Program-made: the position numbers and the translations under genes
Part shown: in pieces, positions 15,708 to 24,764 of the stretch
Numbering within the stretch: position 1 is the stretch's first letter
How the letters are laid out: each line of letters opens with the position of its first letter
The notes under the pieces: generated by a model
The model's input: only the letters and a program-made list of their open reading frames with translations
The model's database searches: none
Told to the model about the DNA's origin: nothing
Source: a virus
Lineage: Duplodnaviria; Caudoviricetes
Virus record (IMG/VR): IMGVR_UViG_3300020551_000013
Location: 1 to 32,628 of that record
Strand: one strand, 5' to 3'
Length of the DNA stretch: 32,628 nt

Positions 15708-15779
15708 TTGCAGGGGTGGGAGTCGAACCCACGACCTAGAGCTTATGAGACTCCCGCGCTACCACTGCGCCACCCTGCG
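15708..15779 (-). tRNA. tRNA-Met (CAT), initiator-like acceptor stem, CCA not encoded
   Basis: 72-nt cloverleaf: CGCAGGG/CCCTGCA acceptor, GCGC D stem with AGTGGTA loop, anticodon loop CTCATAA, T arm GTGGG-TTCGACT-CCCAC. Confidence 0.92.
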
Positions 15780-16063
15780 ATTGAAGTGCCCGCCCTCATC
15801 GCTAGCTTGCGCATGACGGCGTAGAGGGCGAGCTGATACCAACCAAGATACCGGCCACAGAGTTTCATGGCTCAGCCAGTTGTCAAGCCGTCAGCGCCCG
15901 ACGAGTCAAGCATCGCGAGTTGCCGCTTGCCATCCCTTGCCCGCCGTGGTTGGGTAATGCATTGACCCGCCGCGCCTCTTCGATCTAGCGGATCGCCATG
16001 CGTAATTCGGCGGGTGTTTTTTTTGCGGGGGTAGTGCAACGGCACAACAATCGCACGCACTAC

Positions 16064-16342
16064 ATGGAAACTACAAAATCAAAACGCCCCGCCCGTTGTT
16101 CTCGGTTAATTGTCGGAATGGCGGCACTCTCGAACCAGATATTCGTCGGCAGACTCTGCAAGGACGGGAAAACGTGGAAAGAAGGAAAGCAGGATGTCAC
16201 CAGCGACGTGTTGCAATCCATCATCCAATACGTCGAGCCGGGGCATGAGATCACCGTCAACGCTGGCAACGTGCCGAAATATCTAATCCGCGTGACCGAG
16301 ATTCTTCCCGAGAACAGCCATGAGCGAACCACGATGCACTGA
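16064..16342 (+). CDS. Hypothetical phage protein
   Basis: 92 aa with LSNQIFVGR...GKTW..GKQDVT motif and an AC-rich leader. One of only two credible + strand genes. Confidence 0.65.
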   Translation: METTKSKRPARCSRLIVGMAALSNQIFVGRLCKDGKTWKEGKQDVTSDVLQSIIQYVEPGHEITVNAGNVPKYLIRVTEILPENSHERTTMH

Positions 16343-16589
16343 GTGCAACCTTTGGAAAGAAGCCGGATTGGTTGGATGCAGTCTTTGCGGGGGTGTATTT
16401 GAGGATTCACGTAGCCTCAAACCCACCCACGGAGGCCTGCGCAAAGGAGCCGGTCGCCCGAAAGCTGCCGATCCCCGCGTCAACCTTACCGTCTCGCTCC
16501 TGCCCGACTGCAAAGCCCGAATCCAAGACGCGGCGAAAGCGGCAGGGGTCAGCGCGTCGGAGATCGTGGCACGAAGGTTTGCGGGGTAG
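16320..16589 (+). CDS. Zn-ribbon plus ribbon-helix-helix DNA-binding protein
   Basis: CTEC...CSLCG, then HGGLRKGAGRP, then RHH-like VNLTVSL......IQDAAKAAGVSASEIV. Confidence 0.7.
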   Translation: MSEPRCTECNLWKEAGLVGCSLCGGVFEDSRSLKPTHGGLRKGAGRPKAADPRVNLTVSLLPDCKARIQDAAKAAGVSASEIVARRFAG

Positions 16590-16592
16590 CCG

Positions 16593-17261
16593 TCACTGGG
16601 TGGCCTGGAAGTGCATTGCGTCGCGGCCCCAGAACGCGCCGGCAGCAACCCATCCCTCCCGCGCGAAGGCCTCCATTACCTCTAACGGCATCGTCGCCGA
16701 GACCGGCCACGACTGCGAGAGCCGGTTGGTATCTGCGGCCAAGTCGATCGCGGCGCCGCGAGCGTGGAGACTCGGCAGGCTGCCGCCTCGCATCGTGCGA
16801 TTGTTATAAACTCCAGCGTATTGCGCGAGGATGTCGGGATGAGACTTGGCCAGTGACTCCAGCGCGCGCTTGAGGCTGTCCGCCACCTTGTCGTGGCATC
16901 GGATGCTCTTCACTGGCTTCCCGTCGTATCTCAGGCCGAGTCCTTCGACGTTGACGCTGACAAGTCGGGACTCGTCGCCGGGACTGCCGTAAAAGCCCTG
17001 TAGCGACTCCTGCGATGGGCGCGGCCAGTTGGATTCCGCTGGCATCAGCGATCGCAGATAGGACTGGCAAGCGGCGATGGATTTCGGCCCCCAGAAGCCG
17101 TCAACCTCGACGCCGATCTTGCTCTGGATTGATTTGATGCGGTCGCGTGTCATAATTTCTTGCGGCGTGAGGTAGCTGATTATCAGAGTCGGCTCCGGCG
17201 GGAAGATCGCGTCCCCAATCCGGCCAGCCAGCCAGGCCGAGAGCTCGACGAAAAGATTCAT
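16593..17261 (-). CDS. Endolysin, M15-family Zn peptidase with N-terminal peptidoglycan-binding-like segment
   Basis: IQSKIGVEVDGFWGPKS (PG-binding-like), YNNR.MRGG...SLHARGAAIDL (SxHxxGxAxD) and DAMHFQ. Confidence 0.9.
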   Translation of the reverse strand: MNLFVELSAWLAGRIGDAIFPPEPTLIISYLTPQEIMTRDRIKSIQSKIGVEVDGFWGPKSIAACQSYLRSLMPAESNWPRPSQESLQGFYGSPGDESRLVSVNVEGLGLRYDGKPVKSIRCHDKVADSLKRALESLAKSHPDILAQYAGVYNNRTMRGGSLPSLHARGAAIDLAADTNRLSQSWPVSATMPLEVMEAFAREGWVAAGAFWGRDAMHFQATQ

Positions 17262-17593
17262 GGATTCTTCAGCACCTCCTTGACGGTGCTTAGGATCTCG
17301 GTTGCGCTGCGAAGGACGTTTGAGTTTTGCTCCACGACGGTGATGAGGCTCTTGCGGTCAGCGTCGCGCTCGTCTTCGCGCTTGTCCGCTTTGGCTTCGG
17401 CTTTATCGAGGCGCTTGGACATCCACCAAAGCCCAAGCGCGAGGCCGATGAGCGCCCCGAATGGCCCTTGCAGTTGCTGTATCCAGTCCGGTGCGGGGAC
17501 TTGAGAGAGGAGATCGGGCAGGGCCTGGGAGCCGACGATTCCCGCGACGATTGCGGTCAGGCCGGACAGGGTATGGTCGATGACTGGGTGCAT
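17258..17593 (-). CDS. Holin-like membrane protein
   Basis: Two hydrophobic segments and a charged coiled-coil tail, immediately upstream of the endolysin. Confidence 0.65.
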   Translation of the reverse strand: MHPVIDHTLSGLTAIVAGIVGSQALPDLLSQVPAPDWIQQLQGPFGALIGLALGLWWMSKRLDKAEAKADKREDERDADRKSLITVVEQNSNVLRSATEILSTVKEVLKNP

Positions 17594-17609
17594 GGATTAA
17601 GACTCGGGC

Positions 17610-17993
17610 TCAGGCTGCGGGTTGTGGGATGTCCGCTACCACGAACGCGCCGTTGATCACTTCCAGCGTGCGGTTTGTATCAAGGAGCTTGTCGACCACG
17701 CTGCGGGTGTCCACGCGTCCGAGGCTCCAGTATGCCAAGCCGGCGGCGTCCTCGGATAAGGCAGCCGCAAAATTGAGCGCGCCGCCGGTTTCTTCGTGGC
17801 TGGCAAACTCGGCAAGCCGCTGCGCCAGCGGGCGGGCGTTAAGCCACTCATTGATCTCGGTAGTCGTCAGATCCAACACGTGGCCGACGATGCGGTTGGC
17901 GAGGTGGATCGCGTTTCGCAGGTGCGATGCGAGAGCGCCAGCGTCCGAGGAGATGGCGGCGGTGACGGATTCGGTAGGGGTGAGGAGGGACAT
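17610..17993 (-). CDS. Hypothetical protein downstream of the tail fibre (possible fibre chaperone)
   Basis: 127 aa, starts a few nt after the fibre stop codon. Confidence 0.55.
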   Translation of the reverse strand: MSLLTPTESVTAAISSDAGALASHLRNAIHLANRIVGHVLDLTTTEINEWLNARPLAQRLAEFASHEETGGALNFAAALSEDAAGLAYWSLGRVDTRSVVDKLLDTNRTLEVINGAFVVADIPQPAA

Positions 17994-17997
17994 GATG

Positions 17998-20628
17998 TTA
18001 TGGTTCGATTGCAATTTGTTGTGCTGCTCCGGTTGCAAATAGCACCATGAGTCGAGTTTTCCCTGCGCCGTTGTCTTCGGCATAGATCCGGTATCCATTA
18101 GTCGCGGGTGCTGCGGGTGCTGTCATTTCGGCACCAGCAATAAAGTTCGCGGTTGTGATGGTGCCGCTGGCGGTGAGGTTACCGGTCAAGGACAAATCGG
18201 CCGTTGCTGCCGATGTAGCCCGCAAAACCATATCTCGTCGGAGATAAGGATCGACTCCCAGCCACGCGGGCGCAAATACAAGTTCGCCTACCTCCGCGCC
18301 CGCCGTTGCGGTTGCGATTGCTCCTCCGAAAAAGCCGACGTTTTTAAGATTGTTGGCGGCGTTTGGGATCTCGAAAAAACATCCAACCCCCATTCCTGCC
18401 GATGTTGTGCCACTTGAGTTTTCTCGCTTAAACCGTGTGGCTGCGCGAAAATCGCCGGTCGCTGCTGCCGAGCGAGTCACGTCAAGGACCGGATACGATG
18501 TGGATGTGACAACTAATCCGCTGTTCGCAGTGACCGTGCCGCTGGCGGTGATACCCCCCACGACATCAAGCTTGCTGGCTGGACTCGTCGTTCCGATGCC
18601 GACGTTTCCGGTCGTGGTGATTGCCATCCGAGTCGTGCTGTCCGTGCGGAATTGCAGCGGCTGGGCGACACCGCCTGCGCTGCCCTTCTCGGTGCCGATC
18701 TGGAACGCGGTGTCAGCGGCGTTGTATTTGAGGCTAAGGCGTTCGTGGTTGGTTGCGCTGGTGTAAGTCCCGTAAATGCGAGACTCCTGCGCTGCGGTGC
18801 CGTTGCGCTGGGCTAGGGTGTTGGCGGCTCCGTCGCGGAGAATCTGTAAATCAAGAGCGCCTGTGGCATCTGCAGAAGCCGAAAAACCCAAATATCCAGT
18901 GTTTGAAATCCCGAGTCTGCCGCCAGCCTGCAAGAACACCCCTGTAGAAGAAGATGTAATGCTGGCAAAATTCGATCCGCTAGAAGATGCGTTAATGGAT
19001 GCGCATGTGAGCAACCCATCTTTTCTGAATTTAGCCTGACTGACCCCACCCACCTGCAAGTCCATCAGCAGCGATGCAGGATCGCTATTGCTGTCGGTAA
19101 CGTTGATATTAAAACCCGTGAAGATGGATGCGATTGAATTCCAAGTTTGAGTTGAGGTGATTGTTCCCCCTGTTGTGGCCGCACCACCTCCGTTTCGTCT
19201 TACCGTAAATCCGTTAGCTAACGTTACATTCTGATTACCCTCAGTCGCAATACTCAACGAATTACCTGCACATGTAAAACTGCACGGATTAGCATCACCG
19301 CCGTTAATAATGATTTGAGCAGTAGTCGCCCCCGAGTTTTTAACCACTTTGAACCGACTGATGCCATTTTGCTTTACGTCAAAAAATGCCGATCCGTTTG
19401 CAGAATTTGTTGTCGTGATGTCCACTACTTGCGCTGCAAACGTAACGCCAGCTGCATTCCACGTCTGGGTGAGCGTCAGCGGCTGCGACGTGGCGATGCT
19501 GCCGGTCGAGAATGTCGCGTTGCCGAATGTGGGCGAGTCGGTGGTGCCGAGGCCCAGGGCGATGCGGTGATCCGATGCGCTGGTGCCGTTGTAAGTAAAC
19601 GTGGCACCACCTGATGCTTCGTATGCATCGAAAAAAAGGCTAGTAGTCTCAACAGTCGTGAAACCGCCGTCTTGAAAATATGATGGGCCAGTGACTGTCA
19701 GGCCGGAAGTGGTGAGAGCACCAAACGCAGCATTGCCACTTGCATCCCGCAGCACCAGCGTGTTCGCCGTAGCCGCGCTGGTCGCGTCGGACACGTCGGC
19801 ACTGACGATGGCCGAGTTGATCCAAAGCGTGTTGCCAGCGTTGCGCTTGATCACCTGCTTCGCGGCTGGCGAGGAAATCGCGACGTCGTGAATCTCGTTC
19901 AACTCGTAGCCGTTCTGGATGCCAACCAGAATCCTGCCGTCCAAATTTACACCGGTGCTGGCCCGAGTGATGACGCCGACGTAGACGAGATGATTCGGGG
20001 CGGAAGGTTTCGTCCGCGTGAACGCTCCGGGAGTTGTCGGAGAGAGGTAAATCTGAATGCCTGCGCCGATGATCCCATCCGCGTCAGCCGTTCTGACATT
20101 CTCAAGCTCGCCTTCCATGATGACGAACCCGTTCGCGCCGTTGGCAATGTCTGCCTTCGCGAAGCCAATCGTTCGCGCTGAGTTGGTGTCGTTGTTTGCC
20201 TGCGCGAGCGTGATGCGAGGATTGCCGCTGACCGCGCCGTTGATATACACGATGGCGCCCTTCGTGATGGTTACGCCGGTGCCGTTGTGGGCCAAGAACT
20301 CAAGGTTCTTCGCCACCGCGACTCCCGACGCAAGCTCCTGCTGCACGAATGCCGTGGTTGCGAGCTGCGTCGTCGAGGTGGTCGTCGCGGCTGTCGGTGC
20401 AACGGACATTCCTGTAATAGTCGCAGTCGCCGTCGTGACGTTGGAAAGCGAGAGGTTCGCTGTGCTGTCGCTGGTCGTGGCGCTGGTTATGCTGTTGGAC
20501 GCGCTGCCAGCCGGTCCAGCCGGTCCACGCGCTGCGGTGTTGATTTCGGCGGTGATCGTCTCCTCCTCAACCACGATCGTGGCCGTGATCGTTTCGACGT
20601 TGGTCGTGAGATTCGCGGTGACGCTCAT
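17998..20628 (-). CDS. Tail fibre / receptor-binding protein
   Basis: 876 aa, T/A/S/G-rich. Contains ARGPAGPAG, QLATTAFVQ, GNVGIGTTSPASKLDV (common fibre motifs) and internal QTWN repeats. Confidence 0.85.
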   Translation of the reverse strand: MSVTANLTTNVETITATIVVEEETITAEINTAARGPAGPAGSASNSITSATTSDSTANLSLSNVTTATATITGMSVAPTAATTTSTTQLATTAFVQQELASGVAVAKNLEFLAHNGTGVTITKGAIVYINGAVSGNPRITLAQANNDTNSARTIGFAKADIANGANGFVIMEGELENVRTADADGIIGAGIQIYLSPTTPGAFTRTKPSAPNHLVYVGVITRASTGVNLDGRILVGIQNGYELNEIHDVAISSPAAKQVIKRNAGNTLWINSAIVSADVSDATSAATANTLVLRDASGNAAFGALTTSGLTVTGPSYFQDGGFTTVETTSLFFDAYEASGGATFTYNGTSASDHRIALGLGTTDSPTFGNATFSTGSIATSQPLTLTQTWNAAGVTFAAQVVDITTTNSANGSAFFDVKQNGISRFKVVKNSGATTAQIIINGGDANPCSFTCAGNSLSIATEGNQNVTLANGFTVRRNGGGAATTGGTITSTQTWNSIASIFTGFNINVTDSNSDPASLLMDLQVGGVSQAKFRKDGLLTCASINASSSGSNFASITSSSTGVFLQAGGRLGISNTGYLGFSASADATGALDLQILRDGAANTLAQRNGTAAQESRIYGTYTSATNHERLSLKYNAADTAFQIGTEKGSAGGVAQPLQFRTDSTTRMAITTTGNVGIGTTSPASKLDVVGGITASGTVTANSGLVVTSTSYPVLDVTRSAAATGDFRAATRFKRENSSGTTSAGMGVGCFFEIPNAANNLKNVGFFGGAIATATAGAEVGELVFAPAWLGVDPYLRRDMVLRATSAATADLSLTGNLTASGTITTANFIAGAEMTAPAAPATNGYRIYAEDNGAGKTRLMVLFATGAAQQIAIEP

Positions 20629-20972
20629 GGTGTCGAGTCGGCTATGATGGTGATCGTCCCGACCATGTAATCCTGCACACTTGGCGAGGCCGCACTGCTG
20701 GTCGTTTCAACCGCCCAGGAATGGACGCCAGCGGAAAGGGTGAGGCGGGAAATTGGGTTTACGTAAAACTCCCATGCGTTCGCGTCGGTGATGGTGATTT
20801 GCGACGCTGCACTGGTCAGCGTCAGTGACTCAGCGCCGGTGAGTTTGAACGTCATCTTCACGGACGCGAGGCTGTCATCGAACGTTGTGCCGTCCGATGA
20901 CAGGGAGACGGTTAAGCCGTCCCACGTCTTGTCAGTTTTTGCTTCGGGAAGAGTGAAAAATGCGGGGGTCAT
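20625..20972 (-). CDS. Virion structural protein (BppU-N-like Ig fold, fibre adaptor)
   Basis: 115 aa beta-rich ORF ending G...WAVE........MVGTITI, directly upstream of the fibre. Confidence 0.55.
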   Translation of the reverse strand: MTPAFFTLPEAKTDKTWDGLTVSLSSDGTTFDDSLASVKMTFKLTGAESLTLTSAASQITITDANAWEFYVNPISRLTLSAGVHSWAVETTSSAASPSVQDYMVGTITIIADSTP

Positions 20973-21829
20973 TCGACGGCAAAGATGATGGTTACAATGG
21001 CTTTGAAATAATCAGCAGTCGCAGTGAATGTGATATTGTTTCCGGGTATAAATGACGCTAAATCCCCGGACCCTGCAGATGATTTTTGCAAAGTTTCTGT
21101 CGGTCCGATCGTGTCGGCAAAAGCGGAGCCACACGCGATAGTGAATAAACCAGCCCCTGCAACGTGGCGCACCTGTATTCCAAGGATGTTGTCCGCGTCC
21201 GCAAAGTCCACGCCTTCAAAATTGTCACCGACGTAAGTTGTGCCGCTGATCCGGTAGCATTTCGCCGGGTTGATTCCCGCCGTGGTGCTTACACTGGTCG
21301 CCGCCGTGGTGATGCCGGTGCAAGTGCCATTAGCCAAGCTGATGTTAAGCGTTGAGTCGTTGTAGCGGTCGAGAATGCGGGTCAACGTGATTGCTGTAGT
21401 CGATCCGCCGACCGTGTAGAGCGACGTAATCGCCGAAACGGCACCAAGGGCGGTTCGCACTTTTTGCGCCCATGCCGATGCGGTATCGGTGTTGAGAACC
21501 GCAACCGATACGGTCAGCGGGCTCCCGGTAATGTCGTCGCCCGTCACGACAACAGTAGCGTTGCCGCTTGCCGTGATGGTTCCCACTGCCGTCGCCGTCT
21601 CAACCTGGTTGACGCCAGCTCCGGTCAAAGTCGGAACGAATGTCACTGAATTCAGGACCACATTGTAAGTCGAATCGAGTTCAATCGCCAAAACGATTGA
21701 ATCCGTGGCGTTTGCTATGGTCGTCACCGTCTGCCCCTGCCCGATGGTGATTGTCCCAGTGGTGCCTTCGCTGGTCGGTTCAGCATTCGCCTGGAGCCCG
21801 GTGTAAGCGCGTGCGGAGGTAATGGCCAT
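20969..21829 (-). CDS. Thr-rich virion structural protein (paralog A)
   Basis: 286 aa. Shares G.(D/N)FEG......I.G..V and a terminal beta-strand pattern with 21852-22640. Confidence 0.7.
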   Translation of the reverse strand: MAITSARAYTGLQANAEPTSEGTTGTITIGQGQTVTTIANATDSIVLAIELDSTYNVVLNSVTFVPTLTGAGVNQVETATAVGTITASGNATVVVTGDDITGSPLTVSVAVLNTDTASAWAQKVRTALGAVSAITSLYTVGGSTTAITLTRILDRYNDSTLNISLANGTCTGITTAATSVSTTAGINPAKCYRISGTTYVGDNFEGVDFADADNILGIQVRHVAGAGLFTIACGSAFADTIGPTETLQKSSAGSGDLASFIPGNNITFTATADYFKAIVTIIFAVE

Positions 21830-21851
21830 TTGATAAGCGGCGGTGTCAAAA

Positions 21852-22640
21852 TCAGTTACTCGCCCGCACCACGACTTGCGCCACGGTGTTTGCCGCGTTG
21901 CTGGTGATCGTCATGCTCGCCACCAGGTCGGTTCGCCCGGTGGCGTTCCAAGTCTGCAATCCGCCGTTCGGTGTCACGGTGTCCTTGAGTATGGTCGAGA
22001 CGGCCGCTGTGACGCTCCCGGCGGTGCATGTGACAAGGAGTCCGTGGATTTTGGTAGCGGTCGGCAATGCCGTTCCTTCGAAGTCAACCCCATCGCCGGT
22101 GATTACCACTTTGTCGATACCACCGGTGAGCGTTGCCCCGCTGACAGCGGTATTGGTGGCTGATTTCGCAAGCGTGTAGGCGTTGCCATATTCGCCAGTG
22201 TTGGATGCTTCAATGGTGACGACACCAGCCACGCTGGTCACGTTAAGCAAGGCGTCGTTCGCCTCGATCTTGGATACGGTGTTCGTCGCGGTGATGGTGA
22301 CGGAGCCGCCGATGGTAATCTCCGTCGCGGTTGCCGCTGCCGCTTTGAATGTATAAACGACGCCGCGCACGGTGATGGTTTCGTTGGCTACTGGCGCGCC
22401 CGTGAACGTGATCGTCCCAGTCGCATTGACTCCGTTGACGCCCCCGGTCGCGATGCCCGTGGAAAGCGGGATGGTCACGATGTCGCTGGTCCCGTCGAAC
22501 GCGATATTGATCGTGTATGCAATGTCGGCAAGCGGCATGGATTTACGGGCCGCCTGAGTCCCTGAAGACCCGGTGAATCCCGTGGCGGTATTCGTCTCGG
22601 TCGATGCGATTCCGTAGATTGAAAAGGTGTTAGTGGCCAT
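21852..22640 (-). CDS. Thr-rich virion structural protein (paralog B)
   Basis: 262 aa. Contains an inserted ATGTITFTGAP...ETITV.GVVYTF...SGATLTGG module common in virion proteins. Confidence 0.7.
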   Translation of the reverse strand: MATNTFSIYGIASTETNTATGFTGSSGTQAARKSMPLADIAYTINIAFDGTSDIVTIPLSTGIATGGVNGVNATGTITFTGAPVANETITVRGVVYTFKAAAATATEITIGGSVTITATNTVSKIEANDALLNVTSVAGVVTIEASNTGEYGNAYTLAKSATNTAVSGATLTGGIDKVVITGDGVDFEGTALPTATKIHGLLVTCTAGSVTAAVSTILKDTVTPNGGLQTWNATGRTDLVASMTITSNAANTVAQVVVRASN

Positions 22641-22653
22641 GGTGGTTGATTGG

Positions 22654-23940
22654 TTAGGCTGCGGGCGTGAGTCCCGGTCCCGATTGATTGGACTCTGGGT
22701 TGGATTCCCCTTCGATGCGGGAAATCATGTCGTAGATCGGCACGTTCGCGCCGTCGTCGTTGAGGTAGAGAAGCCCGTTGCGGACGTAGAATAATCGCGG
22801 GTCAGTTCCCCATCCGATAGATGAAACGAAGATTTCCCCGCCCGTTTCGGAGATTTTCACGTTGAGGAGTTCGATATTGAAGTTGTCGCCAACCACTCCC
22901 GTTTCAGGTTCGATCTTGGTTGTGACGAGTCCATCAGTGAACTCCAGCCCGCCACCGAATGCGTCACGGTAGCTGATGAAGACGCCGTTGCCCTCAACTT
23001 GGATCGTGTCGCCATCGTCTTGGCTTGAGACGTTGACCTGCGGGCCTTGCGATTCGTTGGGCTTTACGCGCCTGAACCGGACGGACCTTGGTGGGTCGTC
23101 CGGGTCTTCCATCGGCTTGATAACCGGCTCGCCTTCGCCCTCGATTTGAACAAGCGTGCGGAACTGGTGCTTGTCCTCGGGTCCGACTTCGTAGCCCTCG
23201 TAAAGCTCCCGCACTTCGCCGTCCTCGTTGTCCTCCTCGATGTTCGTGATCTCGACAAGCTGGTTCGGAAGCTCGCGGTTGCCGGTGATTCGACGGACTA
23301 CTCGGGGCGCCGGCGTCGCGGCCTCGTTACTTTCCGTCTCGCATATCAACAAGTAATAGTCGCCGTCCTCTTCGCCGGAAGTGGGGCTGTCTCGAACGTG
23401 ATGCGTCGATTGCTGCGGCTCCGTGAAAGTGACGATTGTCGGCCCGTCCGATGCGCCTGGGTCGCCGGGAAACTCTGGCGCGGTCGGTTCTTTCGGCGCG
23501 CCGTCGCTGTCGGTTTGGACTCGCAGGTAGATGTAATTCACCAACCCATCCAGCGGCAAGGCGGGCGCAACCCAATCCGCCTCGCCGGTCGATTCGATGC
23601 TGACAAGCTCGCCGTCTGCCGTCGTGATCTTGGGCGTGAGGTATCCGACAACGCCGGAATCGGAATCGGTCAGCGTGGCGTTCTGGTAGCAGAGATAGCC
23701 GGTTGTGACTTTGGCTTGATACGATACCGGAGAAGACTCAGGGACGGCGGAAATAGTAACCCACAAAGGCGGCTTGCTTCCCGCTCCCGTGCCTCGCCCG
23801 ATGTTCGCCGTTGGCATCCGCGCCTCAAGCTGTCGAATCGCCGTGCGCGTCTCGTTCGCCCACGCCGCAAAAATCGGATCGCTCGACTTGATGGCGAACG
23901 GAATCTTGACCGGGTTGGATCCTTTGCGGATTGGCGTCAT
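22654..23940 (-). CDS. Acidic tail tip/baseplate-region protein
   Basis: 428 aa, strongly D/E/P-rich, second gene after the tape measure gene. Confidence 0.6.
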   Translation of the reverse strand: MTPIRKGSNPVKIPFAIKSSDPIFAAWANETRTAIRQLEARMPTANIGRGTGAGSKPPLWVTISAVPESSPVSYQAKVTTGYLCYQNATLTDSDSGVVGYLTPKITTADGELVSIESTGEADWVAPALPLDGLVNYIYLRVQTDSDGAPKEPTAPEFPGDPGASDGPTIVTFTEPQQSTHHVRDSPTSGEEDGDYYLLICETESNEAATPAPRVVRRITGNRELPNQLVEITNIEEDNEDGEVRELYEGYEVGPEDKHQFRTLVQIEGEGEPVIKPMEDPDDPPRSVRFRRVKPNESQGPQVNVSSQDDGDTIQVEGNGVFISYRDAFGGGLEFTDGLVTTKIEPETGVVGDNFNIELLNVKISETGGEIFVSSIGWGTDPRLFYVRNGLLYLNDDGANVPIYDMISRIEGESNPESNQSGPGLTPAA

Positions 23941-24764
23941 GGTTCTTCGTAAAGGAATGTGTCATGCCCGCCCTTTTCGGAAAGCGTCCACTCAAGGTTG
24001 GTCGTGAACATCTCGCCGTTCTGCTCTTGGAATGCGCTCGTTAGCATCCAGTCCCGCGTTCCCGCTGCTTCTGGCGGGTCGCCTCGTGGCGTCGAGATGT
24101 TGCCAAGCTTGTTGAGCTGCGCGTTTGTCAATCCATCGGTCCCTTGCGCGGATTCGGTCCATGTGATGACCGGGCGCAGGTAGGTGGTTTCGCCGCGTGC
24201 GATGACCTTGGCAAACTCCAGCGCGTCGCCGGCAAATGTAATCGACGCTTCTGTTGCATCTTTGAGCGGAGTAAAGAAGTTTTCCTCGTCGTAACTCCCC
24301 GCCTGCGTGAATTCTGCTGACGGCCTCGCGTTGCCGTTGATAAGTTCGCCAAGCGCAAACTTAAAAGCGTCCGAAAGCGCCGCCCATTTCGGATGTATGG
24401 AAAGCGGCGCATCCTGAAGCTGACCGCTTAATCGGTATGTCGGGTCTGGAGCTTCGCCGCTCTCGCCGTAGGATGCTCCCTGCGCCCCGGAAAGCGAGAC
24501 TGAGACAATCGTTATGTCGCCCTCCTCGCTGGCAACTTCCGCCTCGACGACTTTGAGGAACGCCCACGAAAAAGACAGGTCCGGGTCTAGCGATGTGATC
24601 GAAGTCCCCTTGGCGAATCGCCCGGTGACGCCGCTTCCGCCCCACGCCGTGCGCAGGACAGCGAACGAATGCCGCCCGATGTAGCCGCCGTTCTCCTGGC
24701 GCGTCGCCGTGAATCCCGGCTGCGGGAGAACGTCGGATGATCTGATGCCTCGGATTGTGCTCAT
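23937..24764 (-). CDS. Tail tip/distal tail protein
   Basis: 275 aa, immediately after the tape measure gene, ATGA-coupled. Confidence 0.6.
   Translation of the reverse strand: MSTIRGIRSSDVLPQPGFTATRQENGGYIGRHSFAVLRTAWGGSGVTGRFAKGTSITSLDPDLSFSWAFLKVVEAEVASEEGDITIVSVSLSGAQGASYGESGEAPDPTYRLSGQLQDAPLSIHPKWAALSDAFKFALGELINGNARPSAEFTQAGSYDEENFFTPLKDATEASITFAGDALEFAKVIARGETTYLRPVITWTESAQGTDGLTNAQLNKLGNISTPRGDPPEAAGTRDWMLTSAFQEQNGEMFTTNLEWTLSEKGGHDTFLYEEP

Noticed and set aside
15743-15868. 41-codon - strand ORF starting 12 nt after TTGACA
   Set aside because: It runs into the tRNA. The TTGACA is more simply explained as the tRNA promoter.
2802-15951. 13-bp match GCCCGCCGTGGTT at 2802 and 15939
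   Set aside because: Short GC-rich match with no extended similarity, plausibly chance.
17998-20628. Diversity-generating retroelement or invertible fibre system
   Set aside because: No reverse transcriptase, recombinase or near-identical TR/VR repeat pair was seen.
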